A stretch of 64,000 nt of DNA from NCBI GenBank assembly GCA_963457525.1, contig OY734805.1, positions 211,445-275,444 of the forward strand, given 5' to 3'. The position numbers and the translations under genes were made by a program. The notes under the pieces were generated by a model that worked only from the letters and a program-made list of their open reading frames with translations, ran no database searches and was not told the origin of the DNA. The stretch comes from Parvibaculaceae bacterium. Its GTDB lineage: Bacteria > Pseudomonadota > Alphaproteobacteria > JAPOUT01. Every line of letters begins with the position of its first letter. The first letter of the stretch is position 1. Below are positions 43,501 through 53,316 of this stretch, one piece after another.

Positions 43501-44034
43501 GTCCAAAATGCCGCCGCGCCGCGCGAACTCTCCCGGCTCGGCAACGACATCAACCCGCGCATATCCGTTCTTGATGCAGAAGTCGGAGATATCTTCCATG
43601 CCGACGGTATCGCCGACCCGGATTCGCTTGCCCGCGCCGCGTATGGCGGCGCGGGGAATGAGCCGCTGCGTGACGGCGTTGACGGTCGTCAGCAGGATTC
43701 GCGGCTCGGATTCGTTCGATTCCCGAAGTCGAAAGAGCGTCTCGAGTCGCTGCATCATGACGTCCATGCGCGGCGAGACGCGGTCGTAGGGAAGACAATC
43801 CCATGCGGGAAAGCGGAGCACTTGGATTTCGGGTGCGAAGAATCCGATTTGCTCGGTGAGTTGCGACATGCGCGCTTCGTCCCGGGCGACATGCGTGAGA
43901 GTTGCACCGGACGAGCGCGCGAGGTCGCAGAGCAGGACGGCGTCCATGCCTTCGGGCGTTCCGGCGACTTCCATGCGCGCGGTTGGGCGCAATAACGCCT
44001 CGTGATGCTCGTGCGCGAATATTGCAGCGCTCAT
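40522..44034 (-). CDS. mfd: Transcription-repair coupling factor
   Basis: FPAWDCLPYDRVSP, RGGILDIF, CGDVGFGKTE, DEEQHFGV, QLRGRIGR, TRCF tail. Confidence 0.97.
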   Translation of the reverse strand: MSAAIFAHEHHEALLRPTARMEVAGTPEGMDAVLLCDLARSSGATLTHVARDEARMSQLTEQIGFFAPEIQVLRFPAWDCLPYDRVSPRMDVMMQRLETLFRLRESNESEPRILLTTVNAVTQRLIPRAAIRGAGKRIRVGDTVGMEDISDFCIKNGYARVDVVAEPGEFARRGGILDIFPAAASEPMRLDFFGDTLESLRGFDPGSQRSSAEEKEILLLPASEALLDEESISRFRSGYVARFGAASGEDSLYQAISRATRFRGMEHWLPLFFDKLESLFDHLPEGAWLSFDHGCESARARRLEAIEEYHAERTRHIGETSFGAPVYQPLEPEELYLFSSEWETRLQKTRARFFTPGISAQEDSQDKSTERIDLGARRGRDFTPEQKQTGSNVFEALARHIESLRARGLRVVTASWSKPSRERLCALLQDHGVEAIESVDTWEEVLRLPATALASISLGLEAGVETSDIAIISEQDVLGERLIRRRPKRKRIFFDVGDLAKGDYVVHVDHGIARFEGLHTLEDGGALHDCLLLGYKDGDRLFLPVENVDLLSRYSSGEGEVTLDKLGAVSWQTRKAGVKKRLRDMAGRLISTARARALSTGAVMNSPPGYEEFCARFPFEETEDQAQAMELVAKDLAAGKPMDRLVCGDVGFGKTEIALRAAFIAVMSGSQVAVLAPTTLLARQHFATFRERFQGFPVDIRQLSRFVTVTQANNAVKDLEAGKVDIIIGTHALLAKRVKFRSLGLFILDEEQHFGVRHKERLKELQHGVHVLTLSATPIPRTLQLALSGVRELSVIATPPVDRIAVRSFLSPFDPVVTREALLRERYRGGRSFYVCPRITDIEEVARFLKVYVPELRVVIAHGQMPVVQLNKAMTSFYEGACDVLLSTNIVESGLDIPEANTLIVHRSDLFGLAQLYQLRGRIGRAKERAYAYFTVPSNRTLPESVERRLQVLLSMEELGSGFRLAFHDLDMRGSGNLLGEEQSGHIREVGFELYRAMLEEALRESRGEAVEEAWSPRIGIGASALIPENFVADVSLRMSLYRRLGRLREADEIEIFGEELEDRFGVLPVEVKRLLGVVRVKVLCRRAGVERMEIGERGVVVKFRNDRFADPAGLARWMESCGDSVWLRPDHHLVWQGDWKEEERLNVCLKLTEFLAGLVEKTQASADSA

Positions 44035-44321
44035 CGTTGCTGCATGTGTTGGTGGCTTGCGTTTTGGTGAAACTTCAACAACAACTCAAGAACGTCGTTG
44101 CGCGCCTCCTCGGGGATGTCGACGCGCCCGCATATCCAGTCAAACAGGACGGGGTCGGGTGTTTCCAGGAGCGCCTCGAAGCGTTCGAGGGCGCCGGCAT
44201 CCAAGCGCTCGAGCCATTGGTCGGCGAATCCGCCGAGCAGGAGGTCGGCTTCCCGAATGCCCCTGTGCCACGCCCGGAAGCGGAGTTTTTTGCGTTTGGT
44301 TTCCAGGGCTGTATCGTTCAA
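44031..44321 (-). CDS. sdhE: Succinate dehydrogenase assembly factor 2 (SdhE)
   Basis: RKKLRFRAWHRGIREADLLLG motif. Confidence 0.9.
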   Translation of the reverse strand: MNDTALETKRKKLRFRAWHRGIREADLLLGGFADQWLERLDAGALERFEALLETPDPVLFDWICGRVDIPEEARNDVLELLLKFHQNASHQHMQQR

Positions 44322-44403
44322 AACGTGCGCTTTCGTATTTTTGTGCGGTGGTAGTATAGTTAACTATACTCGAAGCTTTGCTAGTGAGGAACAGATAGCA
44401 TTC

Positions 44404-46509
44404 ATGCGCCCGGAAATTCTCTTTCCATTATTTCAGGACGCCTCAACGCTCGCGGGCGTGGGGCAGCGAACGGCCAGTGCGCTGGAAAAACGCACGGGGC
44501 GCCGTTTGCTGGATGTATGCTGGCTGCTGCCGCAGGGCCTGATTGACCGGGGGCATCGTCCGCCGGTTGGAATGCTGCGTCCGGGGGACATTGCGACCCT
44601 GAAGGTTCAGGTTTCGGAGCACGCGCCTCCAAAGCATCGCTCCCAGCCTTATGTCGTGCATTGTTTTGACGAGACCGGCGAAATTGATCTGGTGTTTTTC
44701 CACATGAAGCCGCGTTACCTTCTCGAACGGCTGCCGGTCGGGGAAACGCGTTTTGTGAGCGGCCGCGTGGACTTCTACCGCAAACGCGCACAGATGCACC
44801 ATCCCGCCTATATCGTCGAGCCCGAAGCCTTGGAGCAACTGCCGTTGCTTGAGACGATTTATCCTTCGGCGCTGGGAGTGGGGGCGCGGGTGCTGCGCAA
44901 GGCGGTCGCCTCGGCGCTGGAGAAAGTTCCCGAGTTGCCCGAGTGGCTGGACGAAGGCCGCCTTCGGTCCCATCGCTGGCTGGATTGGCGCGGGGCTTTG
45001 CTAAGCGCGCATGCGCCGCAGAATCTCGCCGAACTGGAACCCGACGCCCCCGCGCGCAAACGTCTCGCCTATGACGAGTTGCTTGCGAACCAATTGGCAT
45101 TGGGGGTTATCCGGGCGCATCATCGCAAACGTCGCGGACGCGCCCTGGCCGGCGGAGCGGAACTGAGGGAGCGCACCGTAAAATCGCTGCCGTGGAATCT
45201 GACTGCGGCACAGCAACGGGTCCTGCGCGAGATCGAAGCGGACATGGAATCGCCCTACCCCATGTTGCGATTGCTGCAGGGCGATGTCGGCAGCGGCAAG
45301 ACGATTGTCGCGTTTTTATCGATGCTGGGAGCGGTGGGCTCGGGAGCGCAGGCCGCGTTTATGGCCCCGACGGAACTGCTGGCGCGACAGCACTATGCGG
45401 CGCTGGAGCCGTTGTGCGGACATTTGGGCTTGCAGTTGGATTTGCTGGTCGGGCAGGGAAAATCGGCGGGGCGCTCGAAAGTACTAGCAAGCCTGGAAAG
45501 CGGCGAAACCCAAATATTGGTCGGAACGCACGCACTGTTTCAAGATCAGGTGAAGTTTGCGGATTTGGGAATGATCGTGATTGACGAGCAGCACCGCTTC
45601 GGTGTGCATCAAAAACTGCAACTGTCGGAGAAAGCGAAGGTTGAGGTCGACACGCTTGTGATGACGGCGACGCCGATACCGCGAACGCTGACGATGACGG
45701 TGTATGGATATATGGAGGTTTCGCGGCTGGACGAATCGCCGCCGGGGCGCACGCCGGTGATTACCGGGGTGATGCCGTTTTCGCGGCTGGAAGATTTGGC
45801 AGGCCGGCTGCGCGGCGCAATCGCCGAAGGAGCGAGGGCGTTTTGGGTCTGTCCGCTGATTAACGAAGTTGAAGGCGGCGAAGACGATGAATCCCGGCGC
45901 AAGAAAAGCGCGGCGGTCGAACGGCACGAATGGCTTCGCGAACGTTTCGGCGAACGCGTCGGACTGGTCCACGGACGCATGAAGAGTCAAGAGAAAGACT
46001 CGGTGATGAACGCTTTCGCATGCGGGGAGCTGGATATTTTGGTCGCGACGACCGTGATTGAGGTCGGAATCGACGTCCCCGAAGCAAGCGTGATGGTGGT
46101 CGAAGAGGCGGAGATGTTCGGCCTGGCGCAGTTGCACCAGTTGCGCGGACGCGTCGGGAGAGGAACGGCCAAGTCGTCCTGCATATTATTGTACCGTCCG
46201 CCCCTTTCGGATATGGCATCGCGGCGTTTGCAGTTGATGCGCGAGACCGAGGACGGCTTCCGGATCGCGGAGGAGGATTTGCGCCTGCGGGGCTCGGGAG
46301 AATTATTGGGCACGCGCCAGAGCGGCGTGCCGGAATTTCGTCTCGCGCACCCCTATTCGCATGCCTCACTCTTGGAGGAGGCGCGCGTGAATGCCGAAGA
46401 AATCCTCAAGGAAAACCCGAATTTGGAGGGCGAACGCGGCGATGCGCTGCGGATTTTGCTTTATTTGTTCGAGCGTGACGAGGTGGTGGGTTATTTCCGC
46501 TCGGGCTAA
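44404..46509 (+). CDS. recG: ATP-dependent DNA helicase RecG
   Basis: MRPEILFPLF start, QGDVGSGKT, DEQHRFGV, MTATPIPR, HQLRGRVGRG. Confidence 0.97.
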   Translation: MRPEILFPLFQDASTLAGVGQRTASALEKRTGRRLLDVCWLLPQGLIDRGHRPPVGMLRPGDIATLKVQVSEHAPPKHRSQPYVVHCFDETGEIDLVFFHMKPRYLLERLPVGETRFVSGRVDFYRKRAQMHHPAYIVEPEALEQLPLLETIYPSALGVGARVLRKAVASALEKVPELPEWLDEGRLRSHRWLDWRGALLSAHAPQNLAELEPDAPARKRLAYDELLANQLALGVIRAHHRKRRGRALAGGAELRERTVKSLPWNLTAAQQRVLREIEADMESPYPMLRLLQGDVGSGKTIVAFLSMLGAVGSGAQAAFMAPTELLARQHYAALEPLCGHLGLQLDLLVGQGKSAGRSKVLASLESGETQILVGTHALFQDQVKFADLGMIVIDEQHRFGVHQKLQLSEKAKVEVDTLVMTATPIPRTLTMTVYGYMEVSRLDESPPGRTPVITGVMPFSRLEDLAGRLRGAIAEGARAFWVCPLINEVEGGEDDESRRKKSAAVERHEWLRERFGERVGLVHGRMKSQEKDSVMNAFACGELDILVATTVIEVGIDVPEASVMVVEEAEMFGLAQLHQLRGRVGRGTAKSSCILLYRPPLSDMASRRLQLMRETEDGFRIAEEDLRLRGSGELLGTRQSGVPEFRLAHPYSHASLLEEARVNAEEILKENPNLEGERGDALRILLYLFERDEVVGYFRSG

Positions 46510-47174
46510 TCCTCGGTCTGCTCTTTGGAGCCGGGCATAACGAGGCCCAGTGAAACAATCATCTTCGCCGCATCCTCGACTCCCATATCGAGCATGATGA
46601 TGTCCTTCGTCGGCACGAACAGCAAAAAACCCGATGTCGGATTGGGAGTCGTCGGGACGAAGACGGTCGACATGTCCTGTTGCAGTTTGTGGGGGATTTC
46701 GCCTTGCGTCTGGTCGGCGAGGAAGACGAGAGCGTAGATGCCGGGTCTCGGGTATTGGATGATTCCGACTTTTTTGAAGGACACTTTTTCGGATGAAAAC
46801 ACGGCCTCGAAGATTTGTTTGAGCGCGGAGTATATGGCGCGCACGATGGGCATGCGCGCAACGATTCCTTCTCCGGCTTTGATAACGGAGCGCCCGATGA
46901 AGTTTGCGGTCAGCGCGCCGAGTATGGTGAAGAAGATGATCGCGAAGATGATTCCAAGCCCGGGAATATTCACGGGGAGATGGTTTTCGAGGCGGTATGG
47001 TTCCGGGACAAGAGTGTCGTACCAATTGTCGACCCACTCGACGAACCAGAAAACGAGATAGAAAGTTATGATGACGGGAACGGCTACAACGATTCCCGTC
47101 AAAAAATAAGTTCGCAACCGTCCGAGCAGTGTCTTTTTAGGCAGTTCAGGTTTGGGGAATGGGGATTCGTTCAT
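46506..47174 (-). CDS. DUF502 membrane protein
   Basis: FLTG, P.VRAIY...KQ, VFVPTTPNPTSGF. Confidence 0.9.
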   Translation of the reverse strand: MNESPFPKPELPKKTLLGRLRTYFLTGIVVAVPVIITFYLVFWFVEWVDNWYDTLVPEPYRLENHLPVNIPGLGIIFAIIFFTILGALTANFIGRSVIKAGEGIVARMPIVRAIYSALKQIFEAVFSSEKVSFKKVGIIQYPRPGIYALVFLADQTQGEIPHKLQQDMSTVFVPTTPNPTSGFLLFVPTKDIIMLDMGVEDAAKMIVSLGLVMPGSKEQTED

Positions 47175-47344
47175 AACGTACAGGTGTCTTCAATTTTTAA
47201 AGGGCGATGCACCGGCTATCCGTCTTACCGGAGCAACTAATCGAATCAGTTATTCCTAAATTCCGGAAACCAAGACGATTCATGCGTATTATCCGTTAAA
47301 ACAGATTTCATATCAACAGGAGCGGCAAGAGCGTATGCCGACCG

Positions 47345-47590
47345 TCACTTTGGTGCATGTTTTCGTAACGACTCTTTCCGGCGTCCCCAAAATCCTGCAT
47401 CAGGCTCAACGGGCTCTCCGCTCGCCAGCCCCTCCTCGAGCAGATCTTCAATCCGAACCCTCTCTCGGTAATCGCGAATGAGAGCTGAAATAAAAACGTT
47501 CACATCGGTGATTTGTCCGGACCGGACCGCCTCATCAATCCATAATTTGTCTTCAGGTGACAGAGACACGGACAATTGCTTGGTAGCCAT
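47345..47590 (-). CDS. Orphan ParD-like (CC2985-type RHH) antitoxin, copy 2
   Basis: Close paralogue of 48161..48406; W.DEAVRSG...ALIRD...LL.EGLASG. Confidence 0.8.
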   Translation of the reverse strand: MATKQLSVSLSPEDKLWIDEAVRSGQITDVNVFISALIRDYRERVRIEDLLEEGLASGEPVEPDAGFWGRRKESLRKHAPK

Positions 47591-47691
47591 GGTTGCGATT
47601 CCCTATTTTTGGTTGCACGGTCGTTGACGTTAACCCGGTATTCGTTAAATTCAAGAGTTTTTTCGGTGCGGATTATTTTGAGATTAAAGAA

Positions 47692-47779
47692 TCACTCCAC
47701 TGTGACCGACTTTGCGAAATTTCCAGGCTGTTCGACATCCGTCCCGCGCAACAAGGCGCAATGATACGTGAACAATTGC
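47692..47779 (-). repeat. Diverged duplicate of the last 88 bp of glmS
   Basis: Aligns without gaps to 48551..48638; encodes [28 protein letters not shown]. Confidence 0.9.
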
Positions 47780-47831
47780 TTCTCCCGAAGCCCGCGACTA
47801 ATCGTGAAAGAATTAAAGGCGCCTCCCGATC

Positions 47832-48164
47832 CTAACTAGAGCCGAGACGCGATGCCATCCTTGAATCTTTATCCATTTTCCCGTGGAGAATACACAGCAC
47901 ATCAATAAAACCGTTCCCCGGGCGATAAAAAACCAAATAGTTCGGGTAACCTTTGATTGGCGCAAAGCGAATGTTGGATAACTCACCCCGCAAGGCCTGA
48001 TAGGGCGCTCCCATCAACGGCATATCGGCAAGCATCTGAAACGTCTCTCGCGCTCGATCGTAAAGACAACGAGCCGCTAACGGATTATCCCTCGCAATAT
48101 AGTGCGCGTAGCCATACAAATCAGCCCTCACCTCTCGATGAAGTTTGTATGCACCGCCTGTCAC
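47832..48164 (-). CDS. ParE/RelE family toxin
   Basis: GTG start overlapping the antitoxin stop; ADL...YIARDNP.AA...L..MP.MG...YLVFYR...I.VLCILHG.MD. Confidence 0.85.
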   Translation of the reverse strand: MTGGAYKLHREVRADLYGYAHYIARDNPLAARCLYDRARETFQMLADMPLMGAPYQALRGELSNIRFAPIKGYPNYLVFYRPGNGFIDVLCILHGKMDKDSRMASRLGSS

Positions 48165-48406
48165 TTCGATATTTGTTTTTGCAGCGCTTCTTTTTCGCGG
48201 TCCCAAAATCCTGCATCAGGTTCAACGAACTCCCCGCTCGCCAACCTTTCCGCAAGTAGATTCTCAATCCGAACCCTCTCTCGGTAATCCCGAATGAGGG
48301 CTGAAATAAAAACACTCACATTGGCGATCTGACCGGACCGGACTGCCTCATCAATCCATAACCGATCATCGGATTCCAGAGACACAGACAATTGCTCAGT
48401 AGCCAT
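48161..48406 (-). CDS. ParD-like antitoxin, copy 1
   Basis: RHH-like N-terminus; directly upstream of and coupled to ParE; GAGG SD. Confidence 0.85.
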   Translation of the reverse strand: MATEQLSVSLESDDRLWIDEAVRSGQIANVSVFISALIRDYRERVRIENLLAERLASGEFVEPDAGFWDREKEALQKQISK

Positions 48407-48441
48407 AATCGTGATTCCTCTTTCTTGTCACGTTACTGTTC

Positions 48442-48470
48442 ATAATAACCTAGCATTTGTAAAACTTCAA
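48442..48470 (-). promoter_or_regulatory. Putative promoter of the parDE module
   Basis: Minus strand TTGAAG-N17-TATTAT; a homologous degenerate version lies upstream of copy 2. Confidence 0.45.
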
Positions 48471-48550
48471 GAGTTTTTTTGAGAAGAGAAAACCATCGGC
48501 ACCCCTGTGAAACAAGGCGTCTCGGGACGGGTTGTTTTGAGATTAGAGAA

Positions 48551-50368
48551 TCACTCCACCGTGACCGACTTCGCCAGATTTCTAGGCTGGTCGACATCCG
48601 TCCCGCGCAACAAGGCGCAATGATATGCGAGCAATTGCAGCGGGATGGCGTAAAGTAGTGGCGCTTGCAACGGTGATGCATGGGGAAGTTCCAAGATGGT
48701 GGAAGCAAGTCCGCGCGCTTTCTCGGCACCGGCCGCATCGGTGAGCAGAATGACATGCCCGCCGCGCGCCGAAACCTCCTGAATGTTGGCGAGCGTTTTG
48801 TCGAAGAGTTCATCGGACGGTGCAATGGCAACGAGCGCGACCTTGCCGTCGATAAGCGCGATGGGCCCGTGCTTGAGTTCGCCGGCGGCATATCCTTCGC
48901 CGTCCAAGTATGAGGTTTCCTTGAGTTTAAGCGCGCCTTCAAGAGCGAGCGGATAGTTGGACCCGCGTCCGATGTAGAGAGTTTGGCGTGCATCAACGAT
49001 CGTGCGGGCAATGCGCCGAATATCGTCCTCCAGTTTGAAACACTTGCGCATTATCCCGGGTGCTTGTGAGAGTTCGGTAATGAACGCCGTTTGTATTTGG
49101 TCGTTGATGGTCCCCTTACAGCGTGCGAGATGAATCGCAAATGCGGCAAGCACGGCAAGCTGGCAAGTGAAAGCCTTGGTGGATGCAACGCTGATTTCAC
49201 GCCCGGCGAGGGTCGGAAGGAGCGCATCGGTTTGCCGTGCGATGGTAGAATCTGGCGCGTTGACGATTGAAATGTTCGGACGGTTGTTTTGCTTGCAATG
49301 CCGGAGGGCGGCGAGCGTATCCGCCGTTTCGCCGGATTGCGAAATAAAAAGCGCGAGCGCGTTATCGGTAAAAACGGGCTTGCGGTATCTGAATTCCGAC
49401 GAGATATCGACTTCAACGGGAATGCGCGCGATGTCCTCCATCCAATATTTCGCAACCATTCCGGCAAGGTGGGCGGTTCCGCATGCGATGATATCAATCT
49501 TTGCGATGCTGTCGGCCTCAACCGGCAGATTGGGGAAAGTTGTTTTGCCGCCGTCCACATAGGCGTTGAGCGTTGCGGCTACGACTTCAGGCTGTTCGAA
49601 AATTTCTTTTGCCATGAAGTGCCGGTAGTTTCCTTTGTCGATGTTTTCATGCGTGGCAGCGATTTTCCTCCACTCGCGCTCAAGAACTGCACCATTGGCA
49701 TCGGTGATGGTGACACCTTCGCGTGTTAACAGCGCATAATCACCTTCGTGGAGGTAACAAAAATTATCGGTAAGCGGCAGCAGCGCGAATGCATCGGATG
49801 CGGCGTAAGCTTCATCCGCCCCCTGCCCGACGACCATCGCGGCTCCGTGGTGCGCGAGCAAGATGCTATCGGGATGATCACGCAACAGCATTGCCAGCGC
49901 GAAGGATCCCCGCAATTGCGCGCACGTAGCACGCAAAGCCTCGAGGGGTTGCGCGCCGGTTTCAAGTTGCGCGTCCATTAATTTAACGATGATTTCGGTA
50001 TCGGTTTCGGATGAGAAACTCACGCCGTCGCGCTGCAGTTGCGCACGCAAGTCGACATGGTTTTCAAGGATTCCGTTGTGGACAACGGCAACGCGTTCGC
50101 TCGTGTGCGGATGCGCGTTCTCGAGGGTGACGGCCCCGTGCGTTGCCCATCGCGTGTGCCCGAGACCGTTGTTTCCCTCAAGGGGATTGGCGGCAACCTC
50201 TTCGCGCAGTCGCTCGAGTTTGCCGACGGCCCTGCGACATTGGAGTTTGCCGTTGAGATTGGATGCAAGTCCGGCGGAATCATACCCCCTATATTCGAGT
50301 CGCTCGAGGGCTTCGAGGAGGAGGGGTGTTGCGGAGCGTTGCGCGAGGATGCCGACGATGCCACACAT
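48551..50368 (-). CDS. glmS: Glutamine--fructose-6-phosphate aminotransferase
   Basis: MCGIVG, LEYRGYDSAG, GHTRWATHG, SQSGETADT, PRNLAKSVTVE. Confidence 0.98.
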   Translation of the reverse strand: MCGIVGILAQRSATPLLLEALERLEYRGYDSAGLASNLNGKLQCRRAVGKLERLREEVAANPLEGNNGLGHTRWATHGAVTLENAHPHTSERVAVVHNGILENHVDLRAQLQRDGVSFSSETDTEIIVKLMDAQLETGAQPLEALRATCAQLRGSFALAMLLRDHPDSILLAHHGAAMVVGQGADEAYAASDAFALLPLTDNFCYLHEGDYALLTREGVTITDANGAVLEREWRKIAATHENIDKGNYRHFMAKEIFEQPEVVAATLNAYVDGGKTTFPNLPVEADSIAKIDIIACGTAHLAGMVAKYWMEDIARIPVEVDISSEFRYRKPVFTDNALALFISQSGETADTLAALRHCKQNNRPNISIVNAPDSTIARQTDALLPTLAGREISVASTKAFTCQLAVLAAFAIHLARCKGTINDQIQTAFITELSQAPGIMRKCFKLEDDIRRIARTIVDARQTLYIGRGSNYPLALEGALKLKETSYLDGEGYAAGELKHGPIALIDGKVALVAIAPSDELFDKTLANIQEVSARGGHVILLTDAAGAEKARGLASTILELPHASPLQAPLLYAIPLQLLAYHCALLRGTDVDQPRNLAKSVTVE

Positions 50369-50371
50369 GGT

Positions 50372-51442
50372 TCAATTGCCCTTGTCTTTTTTGCCCGGCT
50401 TGCTGCTCTGGCGCGCGCGGGCGATTGCGAGAGTTTCATCGCCCACATCGTCCGTGATGGTTGAGCCGGCACCGACGGTTGCGCCCTTGCCGACGCGCAC
50501 GGGCGCGACGAGGGATGTGTTTGAACCTATAAAAGCATCATCGCCGATGTTTGTTTTGTGTTTTTCCTTGCCATCGAAATTGCAGGTGATGGTGCCGGCT
50601 CCGATATTTGCACGCTTGCCGACATTTGCATCACCGACATAACTGAGGTGATTAACTTTTGCGTCCTCTTCGATGTTGGCTTGTTTGACTTCAACGAAGT
50701 TCCCGATGCGCGCGCGTGCCCCGATATTCGTGCCGGGGCGCACCCTTGCGTAGGGCCCGATGATTGCGAAGGCTTCGATGTTTGCGCCTTCGAGATAAGA
50801 GAAGGCGCGAATGCGGGCGCCTTGTGCGACCCGAACCCCGGGCGCAAACACCACGTTCGGCTCAACGATAACACCCGGTTCCAAAACCGTATCGAAGCTG
50901 AAAGTGACGCTATCGGGATCCTGCAGACAAGCCCCCGCCTGCAGCGCGCGTTCACGCAAACGCTTCTGCATCATCGCTTCGGCTTGGGCGAGTTGCGCCG
51001 AAGTTTCGATGGCAAAAGCTTCTTGTGAATCACATTCCCGCCCATCAACGCTTCCGGTCTCTCGTATTGCCAACTCGATCAGCCCTTTGAAGGAGACAGA
51101 GTCCGTTTCCGCTTTATAGAGGATATTTTTATCGATAAGAGCCGCCGCATGAAAATCTTCACCGCTTATGAGAACCGAAAAGGCTTGCTCTTTCTTGTCT
51201 GCGGACAAAAACGCCTTGAGGGTTTCTACCTGCAGAAAAGGCCGGCTTGCTTCGAGAAGAAGAATATGGCTTGCCTTGCTCGCACCGAGGAATGCGCGCC
51301 ATTGCGTCAATGCGCACACGTCCTCCAATACCACGGGCAACTCGTCGGCAACCCGGCTCGCCGTCTCGAGAATGTAATCCGAGACGGGCCTTGATGCGAG
51401 TTCATAGTTCGCGTTACGGAAGATGGCTGCGGCGACACTCAT
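50372..51442 (-). CDS. glmU: GlmU with intact acetyltransferase (left-handed beta-helix) domain and degenerate uridyltransferase domain
   Basis: C-terminal [38 protein letters not shown]-terminus short and lacks LAAGxGTRM. Confidence 0.85.
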   Translation of the reverse strand: MSVAAAIFRNANYELASRPVSDYILETASRVADELPVVLEDVCALTQWRAFLGASKASHILLLEASRPFLQVETLKAFLSADKKEQAFSVLISGEDFHAAALIDKNILYKAETDSVSFKGLIELAIRETGSVDGRECDSQEAFAIETSAQLAQAEAMMQKRLRERALQAGACLQDPDSVTFSFDTVLEPGVIVEPNVVFAPGVRVAQGARIRAFSYLEGANIEAFAIIGPYARVRPGTNIGARARIGNFVEVKQANIEEDAKVNHLSYVGDANVGKRANIGAGTITCNFDGKEKHKTNIGDDAFIGSNTSLVAPVRVGKGATVGAGSTITDDVGDETLAIARARQSSKPGKKDKGN

Positions 51443-51450
51443 GCTGTTAC

Positions 51451-53316
51451 TTATAGTCGAAATTCCGCCTCGACATAAGCGAGAAGTTTTTCAACGCACT
51501 CTTCGATATTATTTGCCGCGGTATCGATGGTGAGGTCGGGGTTTTTGGGGGTTTCGTAGGGGGCGGAGATTCCGGTGAACTCCCGGATTTCGCCGGAATG
51601 GGCTTTTTTATAGAGTCCCTTTGGATCCCGCTTTTCGCAGACTTCAATGTCGGCATGGATGTGGATTTCCCGGAAACTGTCGCCGATGACTTCGCGAGCG
51701 CGCGTCCTGTCGGATGCGTATGGCGAGATGAAAGCGGTGATGACGAGCATGCCGGCGCGCGAGAAAAGTCCGGCGACTTCGAAGGCGCGGCGAATGTTCT
51801 CGACCCGGTCTTCCGGCGAGAAGCCGAGATCGGCATTGAGTCCGTAGCGCAAATTATCCCCGTCGAGAACGAAAACGTGGAACCCCCGTTCGTACAAACG
51901 TCTCTCAAGCGTGAGCGCAAGCGTGGACTTGCCCGCACCGGAGAGTCCGGTAAACCACAAGACGCCGTTTTTGTGACCAATGCGTTGCGCCCGCTCATCG
52001 ATAGTAACATGATGCGGCACGCGCGTGATGTTTGTGGCGCGGCGCGCGAGGCGTCTGTCGGTGTATCCTTCCATGGAGATGGTGCCGCCGCCTTGTATTT
52101 GCTTGTCTCGCGCAAGGACGAATCGCCCGGTATTCGTGTTTTCATCGAAAGGATCAAAAGCCAGGATTGTGCGAGCGCGAATAATAATCTCGCCTATCTC
52201 GTTGACTTGAACGGCATCGGCCTGATTGCGCCGGAGAGACGCGGGATCAACGACCCACTCAATATTTTCGATATCCGCCATGATGCGCGTGTTTGCAAGC
52301 CGCAGTTCACAAACATCACCTGTGCACAAGGGTGTTTGCGCGAGCCAGAAGATTCTCGCGCGAAAGACATCGGATTCCACCGGCGGCTTTTGCGGATGGC
52401 TAATCAACTCACCGCGCTCAATGAAGATTTTTTCCTTGAGGGTGATGCCGACGCATTGACCGGCTTGCGCTTGCGCAGGGTTTTCATCGGGATAGCTCTC
52501 AATGGAAGCAAGGGTGGCGGTCTGGTTGGACGGCGAGAACAACAACTCATCGCCGACACGCATTTGCCCGCTTTCGATGCGTCCGACGAGAATGCGCTGC
52601 GTGTCGTTTCGGTAGACGTCTTGAACGGGAAGCCGCAACGGCAGATCAACGGATTCGCCCCGTGCCCGGAAGTTTTGCAACGCTTCGAGAACGCTTGCGC
52701 CTTTATACCAGGACATGTTGGAACTGCGTTGAACGATGTTGTCGCCTTCGACGGCGGATGCGGGAATGACGGCAACGGGCTCAATGTCGAGCCGCGCGAA
52801 ATATTCACGGATTTCTTTCTCGAGAGCGTTGAAACGCGCAGCATCATAATCAACCAAATCCATTTTATTGACGACCACGCCGAGCTGCCGCACCCCCATG
52901 AGATGGAGGAGAGACCCGTGCCGGAAGGACTGCTCCTGGAGTCCTTCCTGCGCGTCTATGACGAGGAGCGCGGCATCGGCGCGTTCGGCGCCGGTGATCA
53001 TGTTGCGCACGAAGCGTTCGTGCCCCGGCGCATCAATGAGAATGTATTCACGCCCATGGCTGTTGAAGCGTATCCACGCGCTATCGATGGTAACACCTTG
53101 GTCGCGTTCGGCCTGAAGCGCATCCATGAGGAACGCCCACTGGAAGGCAACGCCCCTGCGTTTGCACATTTCCTCCATTGCGTCTTTTTTGCCGTGGGGG
53201 AGCGCGTCGGCATCATGAAGAAGCCGCCCGATGAGCGAAGATTTGCCGTGGTCAACGTGCCCGATAAGGACGAAGTGCAACGGCGGAAGGTTTTGTGAAG
53301 ACGACATGCGCGTCAC
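51451..53316 (-). CDS. cysNC: Bifunctional sulfate adenylyltransferase subunit 1 / APS kinase (CysN/CysC, NodQ-like)
   Basis: [26 protein letters not shown]; then [26 protein letters not shown]. Confidence 0.95.
   Translation of the reverse strand: MTRMSSSQNLPPLHFVLIGHVDHGKSSLIGRLLHDADALPHGKKDAMEEMCKRRGVAFQWAFLMDALQAERDQGVTIDSAWIRFNSHGREYILIDAPGHERFVRNMITGAERADAALLVIDAQEGLQEQSFRHGSLLHLMGVRQLGVVVNKMDLVDYDAARFNALEKEIREYFARLDIEPVAVIPASAVEGDNIVQRSSNMSWYKGASVLEALQNFRARGESVDLPLRLPVQDVYRNDTQRILVGRIESGQMRVGDELLFSPSNQTATLASIESYPDENPAQAQAGQCVGITLKEKIFIERGELISHPQKPPVESDVFRARIFWLAQTPLCTGDVCELRLANTRIMADIENIEWVVDPASLRRNQADAVQVNEIGEIIIRARTILAFDPFDENTNTGRFVLARDKQIQGGGTISMEGYTDRRLARRATNITRVPHHVTIDERAQRIGHKNGVLWFTGLSGAGKSTLALTLERRLYERGFHVFVLDGDNLRYGLNADLGFSPEDRVENIRRAFEVAGLFSRAGMLVITAFISPYASDRTRAREVIGDSFREIHIHADIEVCEKRDPKGLYKKAHSGEIREFTGISAPYETPKNPDLTIDTAANNIEECVEKLLAYVEAEFRL

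Noticed and set aside
47221..47348. Possible second parE downstream of parD2
   Set aside because: Only the GTGA overlap and a few codons resemble the toxin start; stop after 11 codons, too degraded to call
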